Source: Chiloscyllium plagiosum
Lineage: Eukaryota
Direction: 5' to 3'
DNA: 64,000 nt
NCBI RefSeq assembly: GCF_004010195.1
Contig: NC_057740.1
Span: forward strand, 17,726,912 to 17,790,911
Translations under genes and position numbers: made by a program
Shown here: positions 1 through 12,900 of the stretch, piece after piece
Numbering within the stretch: the stretch's first letter is position 1
Layout of the letters: each line of letters opens with the position of its first letter
Notes under the pieces: model-generated
The model's database searches: none
Seen by the model: the letters and a program-made list of their open reading frames with translations, nothing else
What the model was told of the DNA's origin: nothing

Positions 1-469
1 AGCATGAAGACATTTTTCCTTGAACTAAGTGAACTGACACTGCAATCTCCCTTATTGCAGAAGAGTATGTAGATTTGTATCTTTTTTCCTTCCTTCCAAA
101 AGAAATCGTCCTTCATTCAGAAGTTCTTTCTATATATGATGGACCAAATGTCATTACATTTGTTGTTATGTGTGAAATGCAATAGAATGCTGTCCCACAG
201 GATCCAACATACTTTGTGTTTCTGCAGTGCCACCTGAATATCAGCTGCTTGCACACTTGGAGGAAGAAACGGTCCATTCGTTTTACACCACAGCATTTAC
301 ACACTACCAGCATGAGAACAGGACTCAATTTTGCCCTTAACTCAACAGTTTCTCGTTAGGCATCTGACATCTCCCTCCCTGATCTAGAGTACTTTGCCAA
401 TTCAATCTTTCTTGAGTTTAATTTTTCCTTTCCACTCTTTAACCTGTTTGTAAAAGTTATTTCTCTGAC

Positions 470-720
470 CTTGTCCCTTTGAAAAATGTCAGCACCCTCT
501 GTTTGTACAGCTAATGGTTTCATTAGCGAAAATTAATCACTCAAGGGTTTAGAAAGTGGCCCCAACTGTGCGAATACAATCAGGAGGGAGGCTCTTCATG
601 TGGGGCCAGGGTCAATGTGTATTACACTTGAAAAGCAAGGTCCTTCCTGGCTTTGGAGTCACACCTCGTTAGCAGGAGAGGCAGATCCCTCACACTCAGT
701 AATTGTCCGTTTGCATATTC
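470..720 (+). promoter_or_regulatory. ADMP proximal regulatory region with TCF, FoxH1 and T-box motifs
   Basis: CCTTTGAA 476-483, TGTGTATT 616-623, TCACACCT 659-666, TAAT/ATTA homeodomain cores at 511-540. Motif matches only. Confidence 0.4.
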
Positions 721-815
721 CACCCTAATGGGCTGCACAGGGGGTGGGTTTTCATTATATTGCGGCTCCCTCGGTGGCCGCTGTCCCACTGCCCACTCTC
801 GGCTGACAGTGTGCC

Positions 816-1095
816 ATGTGCTGTAGACTCGGAGCCTCGCTGTTGCTCCTGCTCATGTCCCTGCGGCCGAATTGCGCCACCAGTTTGCCCGGTCACAACC
901 AGCAGTTCCGATCCCACGCACTGAAGAGGCTGCTCGAGGTCTTCGGGATGGAGGACGCCCCACAGTCCCCTCACAGGGCCCGCCAGCCCCCTCAGTATAT
1001 GCTGGACCTTTACAATGCAGTTGCAGACGTGGACGGAGTGACCAAGCAACCTGACTTACTCGTGGGAAACACGGTGCGCAGCTTCCTGGATAAAA
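816..1095 (+). CDS. admp: ADMP exon 1 (signal peptide and start of prodomain)
   Basis: ATG at 816 in gccATG context; MCCRLGASLLLLLMSL...NTVRSFLDK; donor GTGAG at 1096. Confidence 0.93.
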
Positions 1096-4000
1096 GTGAG
1101 AGCCTAGCTGACCCATGTTGTATTAAGTAAAGACGTGGTTACTGACAACTCCCCCACCCCACTTTGCTCATCTTTACATTTTTTCTTTCCCAGCTCGCAG
1201 CCAGCAGTTCCAGTTCTTTTTCAACCTGTCCAGTGTGGCTAAGAGCGAAACCATTCTTACCGCTCAGCTGCACCTCTTCAAATTGAGAGGTCGACTCTTT
1301 CAGGATAACCTGTACGAAAGACAACAACACTTCTGTCAGGTAAGAGCGGGGCAAGGCTCTTCAAAACGACACTACCCCACAATAAGGGAGAGAACCGTTT
1401 CACTCAGAATGTCCTTAGGTCTAAGAGAGGGGCAGTGGCAGGCAAGCCGGAAAGAAGTTCAAAGGTGCATAAAAGTCAGAACGTAATTCTATTAGTTCTA
1501 AATAGATATTATGACAGACTGCTTGTTCCTGATCACCCATTTTCACAAAGTTAAAGTTGACCCCAAAACGTCAAGTATGCGTTCTATGTATGAATGAGGG
1601 ACTGCCCAAATCATCAGCTGCTGTACTTAAAGAAGGAAATTTTATCTGAATTTGATACGATCACTGGATTGTTTACACTGATTCTGCCACGTTTCATACA
1701 GCAGCGTAACTGGTCGAATATTAGCGTGAATGCACAACATAAAAACTGAGCTGATAAAACAGGTAGGAATAATTGGCTTGGGCAGGAGGTAAGCAATATG
1801 TCACCACTTCAGTGTGCACTGCTGCACCACGTAAGAAACAAGGCAGTTTTTGCAACGAGATGTAAAGAATGTGGAAATCATTCATGATCAGGAGTAGTGC
1901 AGCGATTTTACTTTGTTTTCTGGGTTTTTTAAAAATATAATGAGCTGTAACAACTTGTCTGAGCTGCAAACTCTATTTTAGGTCAGTGTCTACCAGATAC
2001 TGGACAGTAATAACACATCTACAGCAGAGGAATTACGACTGCTGTCATCCAGAATACTGGCAATCCATGACAGCACATGGGAGGTCTTCACAATCACCAA
2101 GGCTGTAAGTTACATTGGATCACAACATTTAATAAAACCTACAGGAATAACTTTTGAAACATGATATACCCACAATATCACTAATCACTGTGCCCTCTAG
2201 TAAGATGCAACAGGAACCATGTCAACTTGTACCATTATCTTGTTAGCGTCCAAACAAACTGTTTTCACAATCGTTTGGCATGATACATTAATACTCTCAA
2301 TGTCATTAGAGATGGAAGACCAGGATTTTGATCCAGTGACAGTGAAGGGAAGGCAATATATTTTCAAGTCAGGATAGTGAGTGGCTTAGAGAGGACCTTG
2401 TAATGTTAGTGTAGAATGATTTATGAAGGAAATACATTTTCCCTGTTGCATGACCCTCACATGAACAGTAAAAAGCACATTATTTTAATGGTCTCATTTA
2501 ACATAGGGTTTACTGCTAAAATTTAAAATTCAACAGTTTCCACAAACATTTCTTCCTGTTTCTGTCAGCTTTTTGAAAATCCTACATTAAATCTACAGGA
2601 GGTTACACTCAATCTTTATAGTGCTCTGATTAGGCCACAACTATACTAGTGTCTAGTTCTGGTCACCTCATTTGACAAAATATGGGAAGGCCATTGAGAG
2701 GGTGGAGAGGAGATTTACAAAGTTAGGTTGCAAAGGCTTGGGACTGTTCTCCTTGGATAATGCAGAGGAATTCAGATCACAATTTGAGTAAATAAGCAAA
2801 GACAAGAAAACAACCACACTTCCCCTTAGCTGATGGTACGAAGTCTCGGGAACAGAGGAGAATGAGAGGAAGAACATTTTTTTAAAACCCAATAGTGGTA
2901 ATAGCCAGAAACTTGCCGTCCCAGAATGTGGTAGACATGGAAACAACCAATGAAATTGTATGGGTAATTGAAATAAACTTGCAATGCTACAGGGATCAAA
3001 CAGGGGAATGTGACTGACGAGACCACTCTATGGGAACCCACTATTCATGAGATGAATGGCCTTCTGTTCCATAGAAACAGTCCACAGAAACATCTATGTA
3101 CAGTACTTGTATTGATTATTACAACTGAGAGAATAATCACAGCAACTGCTGATACAGGAGTAAGTGAACCAATGCCTGTTAGATTTTCAGGAGAACTTAC
3201 AATAAGATTGTAATGTATACTCATGTACAGATATACAGTAGTGAAAAGTGCACAAAATCATCAGATACAATGTACTCAAGTACAAAATAGAAAAATAAAG
3301 ATATTTAAAACATTACGGTCCTTCTCACATAAAATAGAAAAATATATTGTAGTAACTGCACAGAATCTTGTTATAACTTGACACGTTAGGTAGATGTTTC
3401 TCCTTGTTAGGGATATGGAACTACACAGATTACAATCTTAGAACTTTTATTTGTTATTGTCTTTTATTTGTAAGAGTAACAGTACCAGTATTTCAGCCTT
3501 TACCAATACGCTCCAACAGAATGTGCATACTAACCAGCATACAGATGCCAGTTGTGCTCTGGTATAATGAACCATATTAACAAATTTAGGGGTCTGTGCA
3601 AGGATAAAGAGCTCACTGAATGCTGTATAGAAATAATCAAACTATTGACTCTGTAAACTAAACTGGATTAACATCTGTGGCTCTACAGCAGATATCCAAA
3701 CAGTCAATTATGTCAGAAAGAATAGTGCTAAAACTGCAAAATAAATAGCACCCTGTTTTGGCTATAAAGAAAGGAAAGTAATATTCAATCTACAGAATGG
3801 TACATAGTTAAATCATGGGATTGATCCACAACAATTGAGTTCCTCAGGAATGACTTAAACCTCAAAACGGTGACTTGAGCTTTGTGTAAATTCAATGACA
3901 CTGATAAAATTAATCCAATGCATTGTTTAAATACGTGATAGGATACTAAAGCAAGAACAGTTTTAAATGGTACAAAACAAAAGGACATATGATATGAACT

Positions 4001-7000
4001 TCACACAAAGTGGATTGGTTTGCATGCAATGGACATGAAAAAGCTGTCTTTCAAAGGTATTGACAACTTGATCAGGGTTTTCCTTATTCGAGATAGGTGA
4101 GCAATGCAGAGCCCAATGACCTCAGATATATCGGTGTTGCAAGTGGAAAATGGAAATGTCTCTTTGGTGCAATGGGAGCTGTTGTTCTGGGGTTGATGGT
4201 GAAGGCACATAGCTTGAAATGAGTAAAAGGAATTTTGTTCTGTTTCTGACATCTGCTGCAGCTGACTTGACAGTGTTCATGAGGTACAATAGAGGGAACC
4301 ATAACCTGCATGAAACACTTGCTGTATTAGATTGATGGAAGATTTCTTTATTTGTGCAGGTATATGCATGGACACAGGATACAAAGAGCAACAAAGGCTT
4401 GATGGTCATTGTGCAAACTCTGGCTGGGCAGCAGACCAGCAATCATTTTGTCCGTTTTGCCACAGGGAGAGACCATCACAGCAGCAAGCAACCAATGCTG
4501 GTCCTCTTCACAGACGAGGAGAGGAGAGGGATTACCACTTCCCCGTCATTAAAAGGTAAAGTCCTTATGATTGGTACCAAAGATAAGATCCACCTCACTA
4601 CTGTACTCTGTTTAAACACATTTACTAAAAGCTGTCATTAGGCTCCTGCTTTAACTAGTTGGTTTCAGTCTCATTTGGATCACTTATTGACAGTCTTTCT
4701 TCAAACTTATTTAAGAGCCAAAAGTGTAATTCTCTTCATTTATATAAAAGTAATGAACTTTAAATTCTTATGATTCGGAGATGCCGGTGTTGGACTGGGG
4801 TGTACAAAGTTAAAAATCACACAACACCAGGTTATACTCTAACAGGTTTAATTAGAAGCACACTAGCTTTCGGAGCGACGGTCCTTCATCAGGTGATTGT
4901 CATAACACAGAATTTATAAATTCTGTGCTACGATTGAGCCCTCCACAATCACCTGATGAAATAGCGTCACTCCGAAAGCTAGTGTGCTTCCAATTAAACC
5001 TGTTGGACTATAACCTGGTGTTGTGTGATTTTTAACTTTAAATTCTTATGGCATCTGTCCTGTGTGCTGCCCAGCTGGACACAACATGAAAAATTATAGG
5101 TCTACTTCTTAATCTGATACATTAGTTCAGAAAAAGTCAGGACTGCCAGACTGAGGCAAAGTGAAAAACCACAAAAACAGTGCAATCACTTTACTACTAT
5201 AAAGAACAGGACAGCCAATTCATTCTCCCTCACCTTACATGGTAACTATTTATTTTTAAACCTAATTAATACCCTTACATCCCATCTAGCTATTGGCTTT
5301 TTAAAATTCTAAATTACTTCTGCATCTAACCCACATCTAAGTGCTTAGCAGAAGACGTTGGCCCTGAATAGACAACTAATGCTTGCGGTAAATTGGAAGA
5401 GACACTGCAGAACTATTGTAATTTTTTTAATACCTTTCATGGGATGATAGTGTCACTGGCAAAACAAGCATTTGTTGCCCATCCCTAACTGCCCTAAGAT
5501 GTTAGTGAGTTGCCACCCTGAAGAGGTGCAGTCCATCTATTGCAGGAACACCCAAACTACTGTTGTTCACAGTAATGGAAAGCTATGTGGTTTTACAATG
5601 GATGGATTGACTGACATGAGGGCTCTTCCTTTATTATTTCAAATACTTACTGCAAAACAGGAATCGGAGTAATGTCAGTTGTAACAGTCAATGTGTGGCT
5701 GACTGGAAGGTAATACCATGCCAGAAAGAGCAAGGAAGCTGAGTGAGTCATTAGCAGAGTTACGTGGGAGGAGTTTGAAAATATGACTGCAATCCCTCAT
5801 TCCAGATGGCAGATTCAGACATAGTGAGCTAGACTTTCCACTGAAGTTTCTGCCAGACATGCACTGGAACTGTTCTCTCACTTGACTGTTTTGAGCCATC
5901 AAGCACTATTGTATCTACCGGACAGATCCATGGTTGGTTTTAAGTTGTTAGCACTCTCAAAGGTAGGTCAACACCTGGAGTATAGATTTCAGATCAATAA
6001 CAGGTGTAAAAGGCAAAGCTATTCTCTCCCTCTACTTCCCGGTAGTAATGCTTGTTTAAGAGATTAATCTAAAAAATTCAAAGATTCCTTGCTTGGAGTA
6101 TTACCATAATCCAGCACAACAAGATTTAACTTCCCAAAAACTAGTTTCAGTCAAGAATCCTTGCTGACACACACATACAGAGGGCATTAATAAAAACAGA
6201 AAATACTTAGGTCTGACAGTCTCCTTTGGAAGGAGAAACAGAGTAAAAGTTTCAGGTCAGATTAAGTTTATTTCCTTCTCCGCAGCTGAAATAGAGAGGA
6301 ACTTCAATTATCCAAAGGACATCGGCAGGGAGTATTTCATTAGGTTAATCAGATTTTGGATAACATAGTTGAGTCGAACTTTGGGACCTTGCAATCTTAC
6401 TGGATTATCCGATATTCAGATAATCGAGTGCCGGATAATCACAGCTCCTCTGTAATTGAAAAATGCTGAAAATACACAATGCCAAAGTCTACAACATTTG
6501 CTTTTAAAAAAATACAAATGGTGCTTGAATCTTAAAGAGCAAGAAAAGATTTTTCTTTATAAATGACCCCTGAATACATGAGATGACTTAACTCATTATA
6601 CTCCACATTTACAGATATGGCCACAGAGATTCCGTTTCTCTCTCACAGAACACTCCAGAACAAAGCAAGCCAGAACCGAAAGACAAGGTCCTTGCATTTC
6701 CAAGCATGTCAAAGGCATCCTCTATACGTAGATTTTGAAGAGATTGGCTGGTCTGGTTGGATTATCTCCCCTCGAGGTTACAATGCTTATCATTGTAAAG
6801 GAGCATGTTTCTTCCCACTGGGCCAAAATATGAGACCAACCAACCATGCCACTGTCCAGTCTATTATCAATGCTCTTAAACTAGCCAATGATGTGGCATC
6901 TCCGTGCTGTATCCCAGACAAACTCTTCTCCATTAATCTTCTCTATTTTGATGATGATGACAATGTAGTCCTGAAACAGTATGATGACATGGTTGCTGGA

Positions 7001-7018
7001 AGCTGTGGGTGCCATTAA
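816..7018 (+). CDS. admp: Anti-dorsalizing morphogenetic protein (TGF-beta/BMP family); spliced CDS join(816..1095,1194..1339,1982..2104,4360..4555,6615..7018), 382 aa
   Basis: Five GT-AG exons join in phase (1,0,0,1) to 1149 nt. Signal peptide, prodomain motifs (KRLLEVFGMED, PPQYMLDLYN, GNTVRSF, RFATGRDHH..KQPMLVLFTD), furin site RKTR and a 7-Cys mature domain (CQRHPLYVDFEEIGWSGWIISPRGYNAYHCKG...YDDMVAGSCGCH) nearly identical to Xenopus ADMP as I recall it. Confidence 0.96.
1194..1339 (+). CDS. admp: ADMP exon 2
   Basis: Polypyrimidine tract plus CAG acceptor; FFFNLSSVAKSETILTAQLHLFKL...HFCQ; donor GTAAG at 1340. Confidence 0.93.
1982..2104 (+). CDS. admp: ADMP exon 3
   Basis: ttttag acceptor; VSVYQILD...LLSSRILAIHDSTWEVFTITKA; donor GTAAGT. 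Not in the ORF track. Confidence 0.92.
4360..4555 (+). CDS. admp: ADMP exon 4
   Basis: tgcag acceptor; VYAWTQD...RFATGRDHHSSKQPMLVLFTDEERRG; donor GTAAA at 4556. Confidence 0.92.
4773..5039. mobile_element. Penelope-like inverted pLTR cassette with two minimal hammerhead motifs, in ADMP intron 4
   Basis: Inverted arms ~4806-4899 and ~4945-5039; hammerhead cores at 4861-4895 (-) and 4950-4984 (+); direct repeat aactttaaattcttatg at 4756-4772 and 5034-5050 (TSD, overlapping the arm end). Confidence 0.75.
6294..6452. mobile_element. Tc1/pogo-like MITE
   Basis: TA-flanked imperfect TIRs gagaggaacttcaattatcc / ggataatcacagctcctctg; same TIR family as 60569-61604. Confidence 0.55.
6615..7018 (+). 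CDS. admp: ADMP exon 5 (furin site and mature cystine-knot domain)
   Basis: ttacag acceptor; RKTR|SLHFQAC...SCGCH then TAA. Confidence 0.96.
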
Positions 7019-9925
7019 CTCATTATTGACCCCTCATTCACTGAGTTCTCATAACCATCCCAGTCTTGCATAACGTCTGGCTCCTGAGGTGAGAAACCAG
7101 CATCCTCAGGAGATCTGAAAGCAATGGGGTTAATAGCAATTGTTTTAAAAATGCTTACTACAAGAAAAGTGTTGGTCTGAGCAATGGCTTTAAAGAAAAA
7201 GGTCATTCCCTAAAGCAACGTGTGCAGACTGCAGAATGAGTTGTAAAATGTGTAAATGTGTATATAGCGTTACACAGATGTATTAATATATCAGGATCAA
7301 GAGTAATTCTGGCATTGATTAATGTAAATTGATGTATTATACAGAATACATATAGCATAATAGGATTGGTGACTTCAACACATTTGTAAATTTTCAAACA
7401 AGAACGTAATGTGAACAAACAGCATGATCTCAGTTTTGTTTCATTTATCTTCAGTTTTTTTATTATTTCACTCCTTCACTGATATTATCTTGTCTCTTTC
7501 CACCTTTCAATCACACTCTCTCTCAGACTCTAGTTAATAATTTACTTTCCCACCTCCACTATTATACTCCCAAGTCTTCACTGTTTCATTAATTCTCATT
7601 TCTACCATGAACTGAAATTCAGTTCTGTCACTGCTCCTTGGTCTCTTACTGCTCAAGTGAAACTCTCATCTTCCTTCACTGGTGTTCTGTTATTTTCACT
7701 ATCTCAAAACTCCAGTTTGTTTTCTTCTAATGGCATAAAGGCATTGCTCATTTTTGCTGTTTCACTCTTCCCTTCACCTCATTATTCTTGGTCTACCCAC
7801 TTTCATAAACTGAAATGCATTTTCTCATCTCTCCTAAAATCTCATGCACAAAGGTTGTAAAGCAAGCCTCACCTTGATTGCTTGAAGCAACCTATATTAC
7901 TATATTCAGTCTATTACCGGAATCCAAACATTAGCAAAACCACATTCTTAGAAGCAGAGAAAGACCTGCAGCAGTTCTGAATACTATTCGTAAGCTCTAG
8001 TTGACTGTTTTAAGGATATGTATAGTATGGAAATCATGTTAACCCATTTGAAATCTTATGGTCTCTGCCTTTTGTTTACCAACATTCTCGATGATTGCCA
8101 ACATCACATCTACAATTACACAGCTTATCCATTTAGTATGCAGGAATATGTTCCATCTATTCTTAGCATTTATTCGAATATAAAAGCTTTCAACCAGTCT
8201 AGAATTGATAACTTTAATCATGTAGAATGCTTACTATCTTAAGCAGGTGATAGCTTAAATCTATTTATGTTATGAAGTTTCCCAGCTTCTTTCTGAAAAA
8301 CCTCTCATGGATAAAATGCTTAAGGAATTTCTTACTGTTACATTTTGCAACCACAGCCCTATTTTTCTTCAGCTCTCCAACCAACTTATTAATATATTTT
8401 CATTTGTTACAACATTGACAAGGTCAGCCTTGTGTGCTCATGCACAAGATCTGGACCAATAACCTCTGAAATCAAAAGCTAAGAAAATAGAAAATGGATG
8501 AGAGAAAACAAAGTCAATTCAGATCAAGAATGAGCTATTGTACTACCAGGCAAAATGAACACATGAGGAAATGTACAGCAAAGTGAAGGACTCAACTAAC
8601 AATCATAAAGGTCATTAACAATTGAACTTAGTCAAAACGATAAAGCACAGTTTTCTTTAAATCGACAACTATCCTTTAAAACTTGACTCTTAAACTGGAC
8701 TCTTCCTGGCCATTAGCATGAACAGGCATTATGACCAACTTTGAATCCAGTTTAACAAATTCTGGTCATTGTTAATTTAATAGTATTTATTGAAGACCTT
8801 TTGCATTCTTGTAATTTGAAGGTGGGGTGGGGGGGCAGGGAGGTTAGACAAAACATGATACACCACAGGGCACATTAAATTAGTGGAATTAGGTTATGAG
8901 GGATTACACAAAGAAGATTATCACTTGAAAATAGGTCATCAAGATATTAGATATTACACAAGTTGACCTATAATTCTCACCCTTCACCAGCAAATCCATA
9001 TTGCAGCACTGATAGAGCAGCACAAAATCCCTTGTGCATGTAGCAACAGGTACACTGTTTACTGGCCAATAATCCTACAAATAGATATTACAATGGATTC
9101 CTCAAGTATATTACTATCAGGTAGACAAGCGACCAAACTGGTTGATGGTAATGAAAAATTGTGGGCTGTGGGATTGGAGTAATCTTGGTTCAAACAAAAA
9201 AAGGATGCAGAGTATGACTTGTGTTATTTGACATCATGTACTGTAGTGATACAAAGATGACTTCAAGTCGAATAAATACCATTAGGGTCTGAAATTACTG
9301 ACAAAATTACATAATTGTATTTCAATATTAACACCCTCCTGCAATGCACAGGAAGTTCATCTGGAAGTGAGTTGGAAACTAACGTGAACGAATAGAATAG
9401 CAGTTCTCTTAGAATATATTTCAGGTTGGAATTAACTGAGGGTCAAGGCAGTTAAGTTTCCACACTAAAGCAGCACAGGTTTCAGATCATATCCTGTACA
9501 ACTGCAATAATGTAAAAGCCTGTGCCCTGAAGCTTTTTGTTGTGTCAGCACACCTTCTAAGATAATATATCATTAGGTGGTGATGCTAGCTTTGCATTAC
9601 AGATATATTCCAAGTGATGATCTGTTTTGCGTACACTATTGATCCTGCGTTACGTGTTGGGATTTTGTTTTATGCATGCACATCCTAACCTCAGCAGCAG
9701 CATGATTGAAAGGCCTTATGGTCAAGGACAGTATTTAAGATAAAAATCACAAAAGCTTCTTAATATAGTCATATAATTGCAAACATTCACATCTGGAATC
9801 AATCATTACAGATACAACAACCTTTTTACAGATTATACAAAATATACATACACATATAGTGAGAACCTTTGAACACAGCTCTCTATCTATTGTCAATTTG
9901 GCCTCTTGTGAAGCTTGGTTCCAAT

Positions 9926-9939
9926 TCAGTCCAGAGTTC
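9926..9939 (-). CDS. POLE4: POLE4 exon 4 (terminal GTLD*)
   Basis: ttcttccag|GA ACT CTG GAC TGA gives the conserved C-terminus GTLD. Confidence 0.88.
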
Positions 9940-12900
9940 CTGGAAGAATAAAGTACACTGAAATTCTCTGGAACATACACACAGGAAGCAATTATGTTAA
10001 CAACATGCAGTCCAAGAAACAGTGACTATTGCAAAGCCCACCTTTACAGAGTTGCAGCGGCACCATCAGAACCTGGGAAAAATAATGGCGTTCCTTGGAT
10101 CAAACTGATTTAGGGACTCAAACAATCAGATCATTTAGAATCATCATTTCAAAACAATCAGGATGGAAACCAATTTTCTTCGTTCACTACCTTTCCCATT
10201 AAAAGCCAACAAAAGTGCCAGTAAAAAAATTCTATATCAAGAAAGATAACCACGAAATAAAGTGTGGCATACAAGCGTAACCATGCAGGAGGAAAAAGAC
10301 AGAGGGTGCAAGAAAGTGGAGGGAGAGAGAAAGAAAAAACTAATTGAATCAAAAGCAAAACACTGCAAATGCTGAAAATATGAAATGAACAGAGGCCAAA
10401 AATTTCAAAGTTATACAGTATTTGTGATTCCTTCTCAAGATGGCAGCGGAGTAGCAATGCAGCAGGTGGGGTCCTAACCCCAGGATCCTGGAGCTTGTCT
10501 GCTGTCTTTTTCTTTTCTTTCCCTTTTGTCTTCATTAGATAGTCAGTCATACAGTATGGAAACAGACTCTTTGATCCCACTCCTCCCAACTGATTTCCCA
10601 GTCCTAATTGCCAACATTTGGCCCATATGCCTCTAAACCCCTTGCATTCATATAACCATCCAGAGGCCTTTTAAACATTATAATTGTATTCGCTCCCATC
10701 ATTTCCTCTAGCAGCTTGCTCCATATATGCACCACCCTCTGCATGAATAAGTTACCCCTCAGGTCATATTATTTCAATGCAAGAGGCCTGAGAGGCAAGG
10801 CAGATGAATTTAGGGCATGGTTGGGAACATGGGACTGGGATATCGTAGCTATTATAGAAACGTGGCTCAGGGATGCACAGGACTGGTAGCATATAGGATA
10901 TAGATACTATAGGAAGGATAGAAAGATAGGAGGGGGAATGACATTTTTGGTTATTTTCTGATGTCATGGGGAAACAGGAGAAATGTTGATTGGCTGCGGT
11001 GGTTACAGTGCCCGGAGTGATGATTCCTGACTGCAGTAGGCTTAGTGCCTGGACTCGGAGGGTCACTGGTCATGACTGTGCCCAAAAAAAGGTTTCTACC
11101 TGTGGTAGGCCTGCAGTGGGGACTCAGGGGGTCTTTGGATGCAGTGATGGTGGTGCCTGAAGCTTGGACTCGGTGGACGTGGTGCCTGGAGCAAAGACTT
11201 CTGGCTGGGACCTTGCAAAAGCAGTGTATTTGTGTTGTAGACCCCTTGTTCAGATGATGAACTCTATTTATGTAATTTTTTATTCCTTTTGTAGTCTGGA
11301 GGCTAGGTACTGTCGCACACTGGGGTGGAAGGACTGCAATTCTTAATTTAAAAACACATTCATTTATTTATTTTATTCCTATGATTTTGAATTTTTCTAA
11401 TGTATCCCTAAGAATCTATACTTAAGAATCTGTGCCTACGTACTCTTGTACCTAACATGGTATCGTAAGTAGTGACTTGTAAACTTTTCACTGTACTCAT
11501 GTGAGTACGTGACAGTAAAGCTAATTCTAAGAAGCAAACAGCATTAACATTTCGCATTAGTGATCCGAGCACGTCTCAAAGTAGTTGACAGTCAATTAAT
11601 TATTTTGAGTTGTTTGAGAGGGAGAATTGAGCGAGAAATGTAATAACTTAGTAATTGAAGTGAAAGCCAGGCAATGTGGAAATGAAGAGGGATTTGGAAT
11701 TCAGATAAATAAGACATTAAAAGCAGCAGGATAAGACTATAAAGAGATAAGCTTATACAATACTGAGTTTTAAGATGTTTAAAATAAGAGTCAAAATGGC
11801 ATGGTGAATATAATCATAAGGTCACAATTAGGTACAATACAATTATGAGTGATGTGATAAATACTAAAATCATAAAGAGGTGTGACAATGTACAGGAACT
11901 ATTTACAGGGGAACGAAAGAAGATTATAAACAAGTAAGTTAGGATTAAAAACAAATGTGAAGCTATGGAGTGCAATACCAAAATATGAATAAAGCAAAAA
12001 GTATGTCAATAGTTAAGAATAGGTTAAGCAGATCTTGTAGCAGAGGTAATGCTCCCATCAGTGGGCCAAAAGATCTGGGTTCAAGTCCCATGTATGTCAG
12101 CTGTGCATCATTAAGGGGAGATGATGGCCTATTGGTATTATTGCTGGACTGTTAGCTCGAAGACGCATCTGATCACTAATGTCCTCATTTGATCTGGCCT
12201 ACATGTGATTCCAGACCCACATCAATGTGGTTAACTCTTAACTGCTCTCTGGGCAATTAGTGATAGGTAATAAATGCTGGCCTAGCCAGCGACTCCATCA
12301 TGAATAAAAAAAGATGTCCCAACAGTTTGATTAAGAGTACTTTTAAGAATAGGTGAGAGAAGTGATTGAGTGAATAGAACGGTACATTGTATTAGTACAA
12401 TTATTGCTTCTATGAAAGATGAACAACAGTCTTGAATGATCGTGGAATTCAACAAGTTTGAGCCTTCATATTAGTAACTCAACTCAAGATAATTTTGTCT
12501 GTTGCACCTTGTTGCAGCAATGCCTTCTCCCCTGGGGTAAGAAGGATCGACAGAAGGATTAGGAGAAAATGACAAACAAAACAAAGTTATAGCTATTAAG
12601 CAATGAGGAAGCACTCACCTTCCAAAAATGCAAATTCATCTGTAGCATCAACTGCATTGTCTGAAAGAGAAATAAAAATACATCATCTAGCAATTTGGAT
12701 AACTTCCAAACAAAACAACAATTGACTATTTCACCTTTGCACCCCCACCCCGCAAACAAACTTAGTTCAGCACTTAAGTGATTTGGATGTGAATACAGGA
12801 AATATGGTTAGTAAGTTTGCAGATGACACCAAAATTGATGGTGTAATGGACATTGAAGAAGGTTACTAAGAGTACAACAGGACCTTGATCAGATGGGCCA

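Noticed and set aside
113-328. Cys-rich 71-aa minus ORF as a possible Pinhead exon
   Set aside because: Non-ATG start, no recognisable Pinhead similarity and no convincing splice sites.
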